Virus record (IMG/VR): IMGVR_UViG_3300028376_000003
Span: 77,528-141,527 of that record
Length of the DNA stretch: 64,000 nt
Origin: a virus
Strand: one strand, 5' to 3'
Every line of letters starts with the position of its first letter. Positions within the stretch are counted from its first letter, which is position 1. Positions 39,514-50,006 of this stretch are shown piece after piece. The translations under genes and the position numbers were made by a program. The notes under the pieces are model-generated. The model searched no databases and was not told where the DNA came from. It saw only the letters and a program-made list of their open reading frames with translations.

Positions 39514-39630
39514 TAATGTAATTGTTTTACATATATATTAAATGGTAGTTGCTCTAATTAAGTTGTTTTAAAGTGTTCATTATTTTAAAGTGTTCAGTGT
39601 CACTGAACAGGATAAAATAATGAACACTTA

Positions 39631-41880
39631 TTAAATAATCTTTTTAATTATCCCTAGCCTATAGTCGTAAGAGAAATTAATAGCTATATAGGGTGATTTA
39701 TCTAACCTAGCTTTTCTTCTAAGATCGTCTATTTTAATATTTTTATAATGTTTATTACTATTTATACCATAATTATATTTATACCCAGAAGTAGGTGATG
39801 ATATATTTTTTATTATTTTTATCATCTTACCTACCGAAATGGCGGTACCACCTTCATTAAAATCTTTATCAAAACTATCGTACATGCTCTTGGTGAATGG
39901 ACCAACCCATTTGCCTTTAACGTCCTGTACTATAAAAAATACTTCTGAACCGTTGCTTCTAAGTGGGTTAGAATTTGCCGACATATAACTTGGTGGTGTT
40001 GTGTTATAATGCTTGACTGGGTATATATTGTTACTCGAACTTTCATTACTTTGATGAAGACTGTCATCTATGTAATCTACTATTTCAGTATTATTTGTAA
40101 TATTAAAATCATTATAATGTACATATATCTCGTCAAGTGTTAAGGAACTACCACTCAATAATTTTAAATGATCAACCCAAAGTTTTCTTAAACTCTCATT
40201 ATATTTTATATCAACGACATAGCCATTTGATGTGGTGGGACAAGTGTCTATAATATTTATAGTAGCAGTTTTATTCCGACCCCATCTGTTACATCTTCCT
40301 ATCCGTTGTAATGTGGATTCTGGGGATAATGGTATCTCATATAGATTATTAAAAGATATATCAAGAGCCGCTTGTAAAATAAGTGTTGATATGTAAGGCT
40401 TTCTGTTAGTTGTTTTAGAATCCTTACCATAATCCTTTAATAATTTATCAAACATCTTTAATTTATCACCTTCTATGAAATTAGAGTGTATTAATATAGC
40501 ATCTGTTAACTCCTTTGCAATTTCTTGGGATTCTTTTATTGAGTTAACAAATAATATCTCATCGTTTGATATTGTACTAGGTATCTTATTTATAATATTA
40601 ACTTTATATTCTTTCTTATGTATAGAAGGTAAGTGGTTTTTTCCATTAGGTATAATCTTAGTTTTGTTTGAATTAGTAGTCCACAAATGGCTTATATCGA
40701 TGGGTGTAGCACTTAATAACAAAGTTCTAGAATCTGTCTTTATGTTTCTAACTCTCATAAGGTTTATAAAGAGGCTAAATATAGGTAAATCAGTTACATT
40801 TTCATGATACTCATCAAATATAACATCACTATGTATTATAAAATACATAAGAGACATGTCTTTACCAGCATTACTATATGGTCTTAGATAATAATCAATG
40901 TTTGTAATAATGATATCTGCTTCTTTTCCTTCTCCATTAAAGCTTGACTTTTGAACCTTCCCAGCATACCTTAGTTCTATATTTACTTTCTTTTCAGAGT
41001 CTTCTAATTCTTTTACAATAGAATAGTATGTTGATATTGCTATATTATTTCTAGGACATACCCACAATAACTTTTTATCTGACTTCTCACTCCACATAAG
41101 ACCTAACATAGTTTTACCAAATCCTGTAGGTGCTTTAATTATTGTAGTTTTATCCTCATCCTTAATATCATTTATAATCTTTTTTTGCTCTTTGAATCTT
41201 TTGTCGTCAGGGAAGTGACAAACTTCAAATAAGAACTTGTTTGCTTTTTTAAGATTTATATCATCAGCACCAGATATAGTTCTATCAGAATAAACTAATA
41301 TCATTCTAATTAATGTTATATCTCGGTTGAGGTTGTCTGTTTTTTCTTTCCTATCTTTGTTAAATAAAAAGTAATCAGGTCTAGTATTGTTATTTTTTTT
41401 AGGATTATTAATGATATACTTACTGTCAATTAGTTTACCAAGCTCTTTCTTCATGGTATCTATATCACTAGATGGTATACTACCTAAAACATCTTTGGCA
41501 CAAATCCCCTCATTGTCCAAGATACCATGATGCCAATATATTAGATTGGGTATTATGTTTTTACCAACACAATTCTTTATTTCGTTGTCTTTGAAATAAT
41601 TTACATAATCGAAATAAGTATCTACAAAAGCCCATGAAACTTGTTGATGTAAGTACTTGTTTTTATGTTTCTTATCTACTTTCTCTCCATTTATATGTTT
41701 TTGGAAAGAGTCTGTTGACTTCCCAATATCGTGTAATAGAGAAGCTACCTTTATGTTTACCATTAAGTGTTCTTTCACATTTGGTAATTTTTTTAATTCT
41801 TTCACAGCCTTATCACTGACTTCCTTTGAATGTTCCTCTAATGATATATTATTACCATTATTCGACTTTGCTACTATCAT
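39631..41880 (-). CDS. cas3: Cas3 HD nuclease-helicase
   Basis: LEEHS, LLHDIGK, HHG, APTGFGKT, DEYH, SAT, QRIGRCNR; adjacent to the array. Confidence 0.95.
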   Translation of the reverse strand: MIVAKSNNGNNISLEEHSKEVSDKAVKELKKLPNVKEHLMVNIKVASLLHDIGKSTDSFQKHINGEKVDKKHKNKYLHQQVSWAFVDTYFDYVNYFKDNEIKNCVGKNIIPNLIYWHHGILDNEGICAKDVLGSIPSSDIDTMKKELGKLIDSKYIINNPKKNNNTRPDYFLFNKDRKEKTDNLNRDITLIRMILVYSDRTISGADDINLKKANKFLFEVCHFPDDKRFKEQKKIINDIKDEDKTTIIKAPTGFGKTMLGLMWSEKSDKKLLWVCPRNNIAISTYYSIVKELEDSEKKVNIELRYAGKVQKSSFNGEGKEADIIITNIDYYLRPYSNAGKDMSLMYFIIHSDVIFDEYHENVTDLPIFSLFINLMRVRNIKTDSRTLLLSATPIDISHLWTTNSNKTKIIPNGKNHLPSIHKKEYKVNIINKIPSTISNDEILFVNSIKESQEIAKELTDAILIHSNFIEGDKLKMFDKLLKDYGKDSKTTNRKPYISTLILQAALDISFNNLYEIPLSPESTLQRIGRCNRWGRNKTATINIIDTCPTTSNGYVVDIKYNESLRKLWVDHLKLLSGSSLTLDEIYVHYNDFNITNNTEIVDYIDDSLHQSNESSSNNIYPVKHYNTTPPSYMSANSNPLRSNGSEVFFIVQDVKGKWVGPFTKSMYDSFDKDFNEGGTAISVGKMIKIIKNISSPTSGYKYNYGINSNKHYKNIKIDDLRRKARLDKSPYIAINFSYDYRLGIIKKII

Positions 41881-41933
41881 ATTAATATTTTAGACTGCGA
41901 ATATACTAATAAAAAAAACAATTGCTATATATA

Positions 41934-43473
41934 TTTATGATTACCTTATGTATTAATATGATTACTACTAATAATTAGCTTCGATTGTTGCGAAGGTCGG
42001 TTTTGATTACCTTATGTATTAATATGGTTACTATCTCCAAAAAGGGGTGTTAAGTCTACTTCGTAGTTGTGATTACCTTACGTATTAATATGATTACTAT
42101 CTACATAACTTTTACTCCTGGGAGAAGAGTAGTTGTGATTACCTTGCGTATTAATATGATTACTATCATCACGTTTACAATGATTAAAGGGGTGATGGTT
42201 GTGATTACCTTGCGTATTAATACGATTAGTACAAACCGCTAGCATTCATGTTGTGATTACCTTGTGTATTAATATGATTATTATCTCCTTTAACTGAAAA
42301 TTAGACCATTTCATGTTGTGATTACCTTGCGTATTAATATGATTAATATTTCATATTCAGACAGTTTAAACGTGTATTTAGTTGTGATTACCTTATGTAT
42401 TAATATGATTACTATCTAAAGTAGGAGGCAGAACATCATCTATATTGTTGTGATTACCTTACGTGTTAATATGATTACTATCATGCTACCATGCTTTATA
42501 AAATAATTACCAGTTGAGATTACCTTACGTATTAATATGATTACTATCTTAAAATCAAAACAGCCAATATAGACGAGTGTTGTGATTACCCTATGTATTA
42601 ATATGATTACTATTTTTTGTATAATCCTAGCCATAATGGCGTTGTTGTGATTACCTTATGTATTAATATGATTATTATCACTTTTCAAAAAGAGTCCTAT
42701 TAAGTATTTGTTGTGATTACCTTGCGTATTAATATGATTACTATCAAAAATAACACTAAGATATTCAGGTTCTATGTTATGATTACCTTACGTATTAATA
42801 TGATCACTATCTAAGCCTTTTGGTAGATATTTGTGTTAAGGTTGTGATTACCCTATGTATTAATATGATTTCTATATAGTGCTATTAAAGCATATGTCAA
42901 TAAAGTGTTGTAATTACTACATTTAATTATTTAGTGGTTTGTTTTAAAATGTCAAAGAACTATTTTTATCTATGTAGATAATTACCTTACGTATTAATAT
43001 GATTACTATCAAAGAATGATGAAGCTACTTATTAAGCTACCGTTGTGATTACCTTACGTATTAATATGATTACTATCTAGGAGGTCTTTTGCTACAAATT
43101 TTTATGGGTTGTGATTACCTTGCGTATTAATATGATTACTATCATAATCGAGTTGTTGGAACTTTGATTTGTGGTTGTGATTACCTTGTGTATTAATATG
43201 ATTACTATCTTGCAAGATTTTCTAGCTTGCGTTGTAAGTGTTGTGATTACCTTGCGTATTAATATGATTACTATCATGCTGTAATTAAGATGATGGTAGG
43301 TCCATGTTGTGATTACCTTGCGTATTAATATGATTACTATCTATCACGTACCAATTCATTTTTACCCTTATGTTGTGATTACCTTGCGTATTAATATGAT
43401 TACTATCAGAAAATTTATCCAAAGGAATACTTATCCCGTTGTGATTACCTTGCGTATTAATATGATTACTATC
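41934..43473 (-). CRISPR. CRISPR array: 23 repeats (one interrupted), 22 spacers mostly 29-31 nt
   Basis: 36-nt repeat GTTGTGATTACCTTGCGTATTAATATGATTACTATC (+ strand) at ~66-nt period; conserved at the cas6 end, degenerate at the cas3 end. Strand inferred from the operon. Confidence 0.97.
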
Positions 43474-43476
43474 CTA

Positions 43477-43511
43477 ACTTATATATCTAGCTGAAAGCTA
43501 GATATATAAGT
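43477..43511. repeat. Perfect 15-bp inverted repeat between cas6 and the array
   Basis: ACTTATATATCTAGC-TGAAA-GCTAGATATATAAGT. Confidence 0.8.
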
Positions 43512-43533
43512 GTCATTTAGGATATAAAAACTA

Positions 43534-44238
43534 CTAAAATAGCTCTTCTTTTGGATGGTATTTGCTAATATTATCAGTTCTAATTAGAGTCCCAAACCCC
43601 GAACCAGTGCTATTACCCAATCCATAATTATATATATGTTCAATAAGACTTCTATCACCATATATAGTGAGTGGACAATAGCTAGATTTGTTTCTGATGT
43701 TATTTACATAAACATTTATAGTTCTGTTTGATTTGTTATTATGACCAATTTCAATTTTGAAGTCTTTGAAACTTAATCCTTTATTTATCTTAGAAAACTT
43801 GGATCTAGTTTGTTCTTCTAAAGCTTTTTCAAATCCACTATCTTTTAATGTTAAAAATCCTAATTTTGTCTTTAGAAGAATACCATTCCTAAGTGTTTTA
43901 AAATGATTATATCCACTATAAAAATTTCCAGATATGTAATCAATACCATTTACTTTCATACCCTTTCCTAGATTACCATCTAAATGTAATCCATTTATGA
44001 CTTTACCGATAAAATCTTCTTTCAACGAACTCACAACAATAAAGCCACCATTTGGAAAATTTACATCTCGTCCACCATTTATAAACACACCACCTTCTAG
44101 GTTTGATATTGTATAATCTGATACAGAGTTATGATATTTGTTGTTCTTGCCTAGACATTTATGTATAAATCCATTTACTATTTTCTGATTATTAATTAAT
44201 GGTTCAGTGTTTGGAGTAAAACTAATTTTAATTCTCAT
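43534..44238 (-). CDS. cas6: Cas6 endoribonuclease
   Basis: C-terminal G-loop GLGNSTGSGFG; next to the array. Confidence 0.9.
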   Translation of the reverse strand: MRIKISFTPNTEPLINNQKIVNGFIHKCLGKNNKYHNSVSDYTISNLEGGVFINGGRDVNFPNGGFIVVSSLKEDFIGKVINGLHLDGNLGKGMKVNGIDYISGNFYSGYNHFKTLRNGILLKTKLGFLTLKDSGFEKALEEQTRSKFSKINKGLSFKDFKIEIGHNNKSNRTINVYVNNIRNKSSYCPLTIYGDRSLIEHIYNYGLGNSTGSGFGTLIRTDNISKYHPKEELF

Positions 44239-44248
44239 GTTTTATGTT

Positions 44249-45118
44249 TTAATGGTTAATAATTTGATTTGATATATCAGATACTTTTTTGTATTTATCA
44301 AACTCTCTGCTACTTATATCTTCTTCATCAATGATGCCATCAATAAATACAATACCACCATCTAATATAGTTGAAAATGGCTTCATCACACTCTCCCTTT
44401 CTCGTAAAAAGTCATTTACTGGTATTAATATTTCACCATTGTATATTTCAAACTTCTCAATACCACTATTTACCAATATAGGACTTCCATCTTGTATTGA
44501 TGAAGTTACAGTATTTTTACCAGTCTGGATAGTTCTAACCAATGCTGTTTTACCAAGTCTAGAAATAGCTACAAAAACAGCTTTGACTTTTGTGTCATCT
44601 TTTATATTTCTTATCTCTGACTCTATGTCTTTGTAGTTATATTCTAGAATGTTCTTTTTAAGTATTTTTGAAAACTCCTTTACAAAATACCCCCAGGCTA
44701 GACCTTTATTATAAGTCATATATTTTCTAACTAGTTCCCAATTCAATTTAATTGATGGATTAAATGAATTGTAGAAAGCTTTCTTAGTTGATATAGTCTC
44801 TAGATACTTATTGACCTTATTGTTTTTAAAAACAGGTTTAAACACAGTTTCTACACGAATAAGTGAATTTGACACCAAGTCATCAATTTCACTTATTCTC
44901 TTATAAAAGACTTTTCTATGAAGAGGAACAGGTCTCTCACCTAGAAGTACATGAATTGAATTAGACAATTGATGATGTGTTATTGGCTCTACATAAGAAA
45001 ATAAGTTATTTCTATTAACTCTATGAACTTTAGGCCCAGAATATATAGACTTGTCTTTAGTGCCTTTATTATACCTAAATAATTTGGCATCTTTGAATAT
45101 TAGTTTAAGATATTCCAT
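44249..45118 (-). CDS. Cas5-like subunit (possibly Cas5fv-like)
   Basis: Position between cas7 and cas6; basic; EPIT..QLSNSIHVLLGERP occupies the usual Cas5 N-terminal motif position. Confidence 0.6.
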   Translation of the reverse strand: MEYLKLIFKDAKLFRYNKGTKDKSIYSGPKVHRVNRNNLFSYVEPITHHQLSNSIHVLLGERPVPLHRKVFYKRISEIDDLVSNSLIRVETVFKPVFKNNKVNKYLETISTKKAFYNSFNPSIKLNWELVRKYMTYNKGLAWGYFVKEFSKILKKNILEYNYKDIESEIRNIKDDTKVKAVFVAISRLGKTALVRTIQTGKNTVTSSIQDGSPILVNSGIEKFEIYNGEILIPVNDFLRERESVMKPFSTILDGGIVFIDGIIDEEDISSREFDKYKKVSDISNQIINH

Positions 45119-45127
45119 AAATTATTT

Positions 45128-46213
45128 TTATTTCTTTTTAGACTTTAATGCTTTCTCTTCAGCCGCCTCTTTGATTATAGCCTTTTCTTTTTCGATACCT
45201 TTATTAATTCTTTCTTCTGTTTTTTCAACTATATGACCACTAACTTCCTCATAAAAATCAAAGGGTTTAAACGAGATATTTTTAATATCTTTCATATTTT
45301 TTATATCATCCCAACCTTCTGGATTTCTCATAGTATCTACATAAGGATCTCTTACTAGCTTTATTCTAACGCTAATTACATCAGCACTAGCATTACTTCT
45401 TTTTATTTGTGTTTTTAACAAACGGTATATATATTCTTTTACCAAATATACAACATTATCATCATTCAGCTTAATACCATATTCTGCAAGATCTAGACAT
45501 GATGTTGATAATTTGTAATATGCCAACTTTGTATCAGTGCTATTAAGATTCATATTCAAAGACTTTATCAATATCTCAGCATTATCTGGATTAAATCCAT
45601 ATCTATCGAAAGCTGCATCACAAGATAAAAATTGTAATTGTCCAATGTCTATAAAGGAAGTACCACTATATTTTATATCTCCTAAAGACTCATATTGAAA
45701 CAAGCTTGTACTACCCTTTCCAGAGATTGGAGACTTTTTACTACCTGCTTTAACTGCTTGTGGTAAAGTAGGTAGTGCAGTACATGTCTGTTGGATATTG
45801 CCTGTGGTTATTGGACCTTTTCTTTTTAAACTTTCACCCTTTGTTGCTTTCAAATAACCCTTTAGGATTGCATGTGTAGATCCTAGGTAGTTATAAAGAG
45901 TATTCTTATCATATAAAGCTCTTGGGTTATCTTCTACGTAATCTTCTTTAAACAGTGCCTTGTTAAAACATTCTGCTGATATCTTAACCTTAAAATCTAA
46001 CTGACCTTTCTCGTTATAGAAGAAATTCTTTTTAGAATAGTTACAATTATCGTTAATCTGTGCCAATGCTTTTACTTTTGGCATTCTATCATCATCTTTT
46101 TTATTAGCATCTTTGAAGAACATGAACTTCTGATCTGTTGAATCAAAGTTTACAATACCACTTCCTTCTAATTTAAAGTCTACTAGAATACCACTTACTG
46201 GTGAATTACTCAT
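45128..46213 (-). CDS. cas7: Cas7fv-like backbone subunit
   Basis: Motifs G.GIVN, IS..C...LF, KGY, KR..P, STS.F....GD..Y, QLQF.S.D..FDR, GI.LNDD.V..LV match type I-F2 Cas7fv as recalled. Confidence 0.8.
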   Translation of the reverse strand: MSNSPVSGILVDFKLEGSGIVNFDSTDQKFMFFKDANKKDDDRMPKVKALAQINDNCNYSKKNFFYNEKGQLDFKVKISAECFNKALFKEDYVEDNPRALYDKNTLYNYLGSTHAILKGYLKATKGESLKRKGPITTGNIQQTCTALPTLPQAVKAGSKKSPISGKGSTSLFQYESLGDIKYSGTSFIDIGQLQFLSCDAAFDRYGFNPDNAEILIKSLNMNLNSTDTKLAYYKLSTSCLDLAEYGIKLNDDNVVYLVKEYIYRLLKTQIKRSNASADVISVRIKLVRDPYVDTMRNPEGWDDIKNMKDIKNISFKPFDFYEEVSGHIVEKTEERINKGIEKEKAIIKEAAEEKALKSKKK

Positions 46214-46332
46214 AATTTATGTTTTAAGTTTATATTATTTTGACAAATATACAAAACATATTCTATTAAAATGTAGTTTTTTACTTTTATTATGAGATAA
46301 TACAGTAATCGATTATTTTACATAGTCAGAAT

Positions 46333-46728
46333 TTATAAATTTTCTTGTCTAAGCCTATCCCCAACCTCTTTAATTATCTGATCATCAGATAATTCTGGGT
46401 TTTTTTCTTTTAATGTTCTAAATAACTCATTTTCTTCCTTTTGTAGTTTCTCAATCTCTTTATTCATGGGTGCCATAAGTGTTTCTAGCTTATTTCCCTC
46501 TACCTCTACCTCTTTAATAACCTCCATTAGCTTAGATATTGACTTCTCTGGATCAGTTACCTTCTTACTCTTGATGTCTTTTTGTAGCTTATCTAGACTC
46601 TCTATATTCTTATCTAGAATAGATACTATTTCTTTTGATCTTTTGTGATATAGTTCTATATTAGATGAAACCTTTAAATACTCTTGTCTTATAGTTACTG
46701 CTGATTGTAATAAATTTTCTTGAATCAT
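46333..46728 (-). CDS. Coiled-coil hypothetical protein
   Basis: Heptad E/K/L pattern. Confidence 0.6.
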   Translation of the reverse strand: MIQENLLQSAVTIRQEYLKVSSNIELYHKRSKEIVSILDKNIESLDKLQKDIKSKKVTDPEKSISKLMEVIKEVEVEGNKLETLMAPMNKEIEKLQKEENELFRTLKEKNPELSDDQIIKEVGDRLRQENL

Positions 46729-46735
46729 ATTATAT

Positions 46736-47710
46736 CTATTTTTTTAGTTCACTAATTCTTTTCTTACCCGCTTTTTTTACAGTCTTAGCAGTCTCGCCTT
46801 TTAAAGCTACATCAATTTCTTCTACTGTTTCTAACTTAGATATCGATTTAACCCTATCACTTGCACTAGGCTTTTTACTAGATTTAGCTTTAGGTTTAGA
46901 TTCTTTCTTATCAGATTCAGATTCACCATAGACTTTTATCTCAATTTCTCTCTTAATTCTATCTTTTACTAAGGATGGATTATGTAATAACTCTCTAGTG
47001 AATTCCTCAGCTAAAAAATCAATAATAGATACATTATATGAATCCTCCATCATCTCTATAAAATCTAGACGAGGTATTTTCCTATCTATCTCTAAATCAA
47101 AAGTAAACGGTACATTCTTCTTGACATTTTTAAACATTGCTATAATCGGATCTTCATCTATCCTCTGTGTTTGTTGTATAGGTTCTGCATTAGATTGTCT
47201 TGTTGTAGTTTCCCTAGTTTCGCTAGTTTGTTTAGTATCATAAGATATATCTTGTGATTTTCTAGCATTACTAGGATTTTCACTAGGGGTATCATCACCG
47301 TTTATGATTCTATTCATAGCTTCATTCTGCTTATTCACACTATCAGAAACATCAACCTCAGCACCATACTTTTTAGCTAATGCTGCTCTTTCTTCCTCTT
47401 CGCTAGATTGTATGATTGCACTCTCATTACTAGAAGGTTTAAAAGAGTCATCTCTATCAAAACTAACATTTTCATCAATCATATCATCTGTTTTTAGATT
47501 TTTGATGTCATTAAGCACACTAGAAAAGGCACTAGATGTATCTAAAAAAGAACTAGGATCTATTTGTTCCGAGTATTTAGATGTATCTAATAATACACTC
47601 TTATCAATCTTAGTCTTGTTTTCTAAAACTACAGTATCCCCAAAATTATCTAAAACTCTTATAGTTTCTCCTGTCTTATTGTTTCTAAAAGTTTTGTTAG
47701 CTAAAGTCAT
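46736..47710 (-). CDS. Hypothetical protein
   Basis: Likely start MTLANKTF at 47710. Confidence 0.6.
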   Translation of the reverse strand: MTLANKTFRNNKTGETIRVLDNFGDTVVLENKTKIDKSVLLDTSKYSEQIDPSSFLDTSSAFSSVLNDIKNLKTDDMIDENVSFDRDDSFKPSSNESAIIQSSEEEERAALAKKYGAEVDVSDSVNKQNEAMNRIINGDDTPSENPSNARKSQDISYDTKQTSETRETTTRQSNAEPIQQTQRIDEDPIIAMFKNVKKNVPFTFDLEIDRKIPRLDFIEMMEDSYNVSIIDFLAEEFTRELLHNPSLVKDRIKREIEIKVYGESESDKKESKPKAKSSKKPSASDRVKSISKLETVEEIDVALKGETAKTVKKAGKKRISELKK

Positions 47711-47872
47711 GTTATTTATTTTATTTTTTATTGTTTTAATAATTTTGTTTAAATATTCTATCAAAACACTTTTATTATTTATTATTATATACTTAAATAT
47801 TAATTTGTTTAATAATACAACAAAAAAAAGCACACATTGTATAATGTGTGCTTTCTTAATATTAACTATCTA

Positions 47873-48847
47873 CTAGAGGTCGTCAAAAAAGTCATCTTCG
47901 TCAGTACTAACTGCTTCTTCTTTACCTTCCGTGAAGTTATTCTCGAAATCGAAGTCGCTTGATTCGGGCTTTTGTTCAGAAGCACTAGTTGAATTAGCAC
48001 TATTAAAGCTATTAGACGACTTACCAAGTAATATATTCGTAATTTCTGAAATTTTCGAATGTTGTTCGTCAGTAAGTGGCTTAGGACCGAAGTCTTCTAC
48101 ATTATGATCTCTATCTAATAAAAATCCTTTAATCTTTCCTTGTGCCTTTTGACTTACTTTGTTATTTTCATCTAAAGGTACATTCTTAAACTCTTTAGTT
48201 TCTTTAAAGTAGATTGGTAGAGATGTAGTTTGTTGCTTAAACATACTCATTTTGTAATCAGGGTAAGTTGCATCTCCTGTAGAGATTTCTTTTACGATTA
48301 ATACAAAGTCCTTACCATCTGCTAGTTCAAACACATTACAAGGTTCACCAGAGATTTCTCCATTCTTTTCTGCCGAAATCTTGTCCTTAATTGTCTTACC
48401 ATACTGCATAACCATAATCTTACCAACTAACTCTGGTTGTTGCTCATCTTCAAGTACTAATACATAAGAGTAGTACTTTCTAGAGTAGTTAAGAACGTTC
48501 GCCTTCTCAACAAGAACTGCATTCTTAGAGTTCTTCATCTGGTAAAAAAGATTTGTAAGTGGACATGGTTCTCCAAAGTTTTTAGGAGAGTCATAATAAC
48601 CACCTAATTCTCTTGGTTCTTTAATTTCTACATAGTGTGAAATCTTTTCAAGTGCTACTTGTCCTAATTTACCTTCCTCTGTTAGGTTAGGTAAAAACCT
48701 AACAACTGAACGATATCCTCTTTTAGTGTCCTTAACCTTTGTCAAGTCAACACGATAAATTCCATCGTTGTTTGAGGTCTTTTTTTCCTCTAAGAAGTCC
48801 ATTTTCGTGTCTAGACTTCCGTCAAATAATTGATCTAATTCTTCCAT
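47873..48847 (-). CDS. T4 gp32-like single-stranded DNA-binding protein
   Basis: VRFLPN, CPL, YGKTIKDKI, GKDFVL, acidic tail DEDDFFDDL. Confidence 0.88.
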   Translation of the reverse strand: MEELDQLFDGSLDTKMDFLEEKKTSNNDGIYRVDLTKVKDTKRGYRSVVRFLPNLTEEGKLGQVALEKISHYVEIKEPRELGGYYDSPKNFGEPCPLTNLFYQMKNSKNAVLVEKANVLNYSRKYYSYVLVLEDEQQPELVGKIMVMQYGKTIKDKISAEKNGEISGEPCNVFELADGKDFVLIVKEISTGDATYPDYKMSMFKQQTTSLPIYFKETKEFKNVPLDENNKVSQKAQGKIKGFLLDRDHNVEDFGPKPLTDEQHSKISEITNILLGKSSNSFNSANSTSASEQKPESSDFDFENNFTEGKEEAVSTDEDDFFDDL

Positions 48848-49049
48848 AATATTGCTTTTTATTTATTTTTATATTCAACTTAATTGTTGATATATGTTAT
48901 ATTAAAAAGGTCTGAAAAGTTTAGATTTATTTTTATTTATTTTTCTTTATTTCTCGACACTTTATAATACTGAATCTTTATATAAGCAATATTACTGTTT
49001 GTTTATTTTTTAGTATTTATTTAACATATTCACTCTATCTATCTAAGGT

Positions 49050-49253
49050 TTACTGGGTCCAAATAATAGATAGTTCAATTAAAGGAACTTCTAATTTTGG
49101 TATATCAAAGTCTTTGAAAGATATTGTTGCAGTATCTGTTTCTTTATTATATACTCTAAGATATACCATTTCCTCATATTTCCAAAACACTAAACAACCT
49201 TCAAATAGCTTGGAATCTGGTCTTGTTGTTTTATCTGTTGTATCTAATTTCAT
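49050..49253 (-). CDS. Hypothetical protein
   Basis: ATGA overlap with the upstream gene. Confidence 0.5.
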   Translation of the reverse strand: MKLDTTDKTTRPDSKLFEGCLVFWKYEEMVYLRVYNKETDTATISFKDFDIPKLEVPLIELSIIWTQ

Positions 49254-49990
49254 TGTTTCTTAGTCTTTATAACATTCACTCTATCTAGCTGATACTTCTC
49301 TATGTCTAAAGAATGGTTATCTTTCATAGTTCTAAATATACTTATACACATCTCACCCATTAATACACAATCTGTAAGTGCATCATGGTATCCTTTCATA
49401 TCTATATCTAGTGCTGGACCGATTTTGGACAAAGAAGATGATATAAGACCATTGTCTCTATCAGATGTTCCAATTTTATTTAGGAGTTCTTTATAATGGT
49501 TATCAGTTTCAGATAATTTTTGGAAAATAGGTATTAAATATAACCTAATAAGCATTTTAGTATCAAAAACTTCTTCAACTATTTTATGATTATACCTACC
49601 AGTTAACATATCAACATCAAACGGTGCGTTTTGTGCAACTAATAGACTAGGAGTATTTTGTTTTATAAATTCAAAAAAACTATCTAGTACAATATTTTCA
49701 TTTTTATACACATAATCACCATCATCATAATGATTAAACTCTAATATAGGCTTAACTATATCATAACGCCTAATTGTTTCAGCGGTTAATAATATTTTTT
49801 CATCAAATTCTGCCTTGTATAAGAATTTATTTTCTAAATAATCATATTTAACTAACTTAGCAGACACTTGAGTTAGTTGCTCTATTTTAGAACCTTTGAG
49901 TCCTGTGGTTTCAGTGTCCAGTAAAATCCAATTTATTTCAGATTTATTTTCTAACCAACTAAGCATTTCTGGTATTGACTTGTAATTCAT
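49250..49990 (-). CDS. DEDDh 3'-5' exonuclease
   Basis: LDTETTG, NAPFD, HDALTD. Confidence 0.88.
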   Translation of the reverse strand: MNYKSIPEMLSWLENKSEINWILLDTETTGLKGSKIEQLTQVSAKLVKYDYLENKFLYKAEFDEKILLTAETIRRYDIVKPILEFNHYDDGDYVYKNENIVLDSFFEFIKQNTPSLLVAQNAPFDVDMLTGRYNHKIVEEVFDTKMLIRLYLIPIFQKLSETDNHYKELLNKIGTSDRDNGLISSSLSKIGPALDIDMKGYHDALTDCVLMGEMCISIFRTMKDNHSLDIEKYQLDRVNVIKTKKQ

Positions 49991-50006
49991 TTTATTTATT
50001 TTAAGG

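Noticed and set aside
41970-43437. Self-targeting spacers within the window
   Set aside because: None noticed by eye; needs an alignment to exclude.
42440-43494. ORFs 42440..42634, 43092..43277 and 43309..43494
   Set aside because: Translations of CRISPR repeats (66-nt period keeps frame).
46333-47833. Possible Cas8/Cas11 upstream of cas7
   Set aside because: Coiled-coil or low-complexity proteins with no Cas motifs, separated from cas7 by its own promoter. Not excluded without a structure search.
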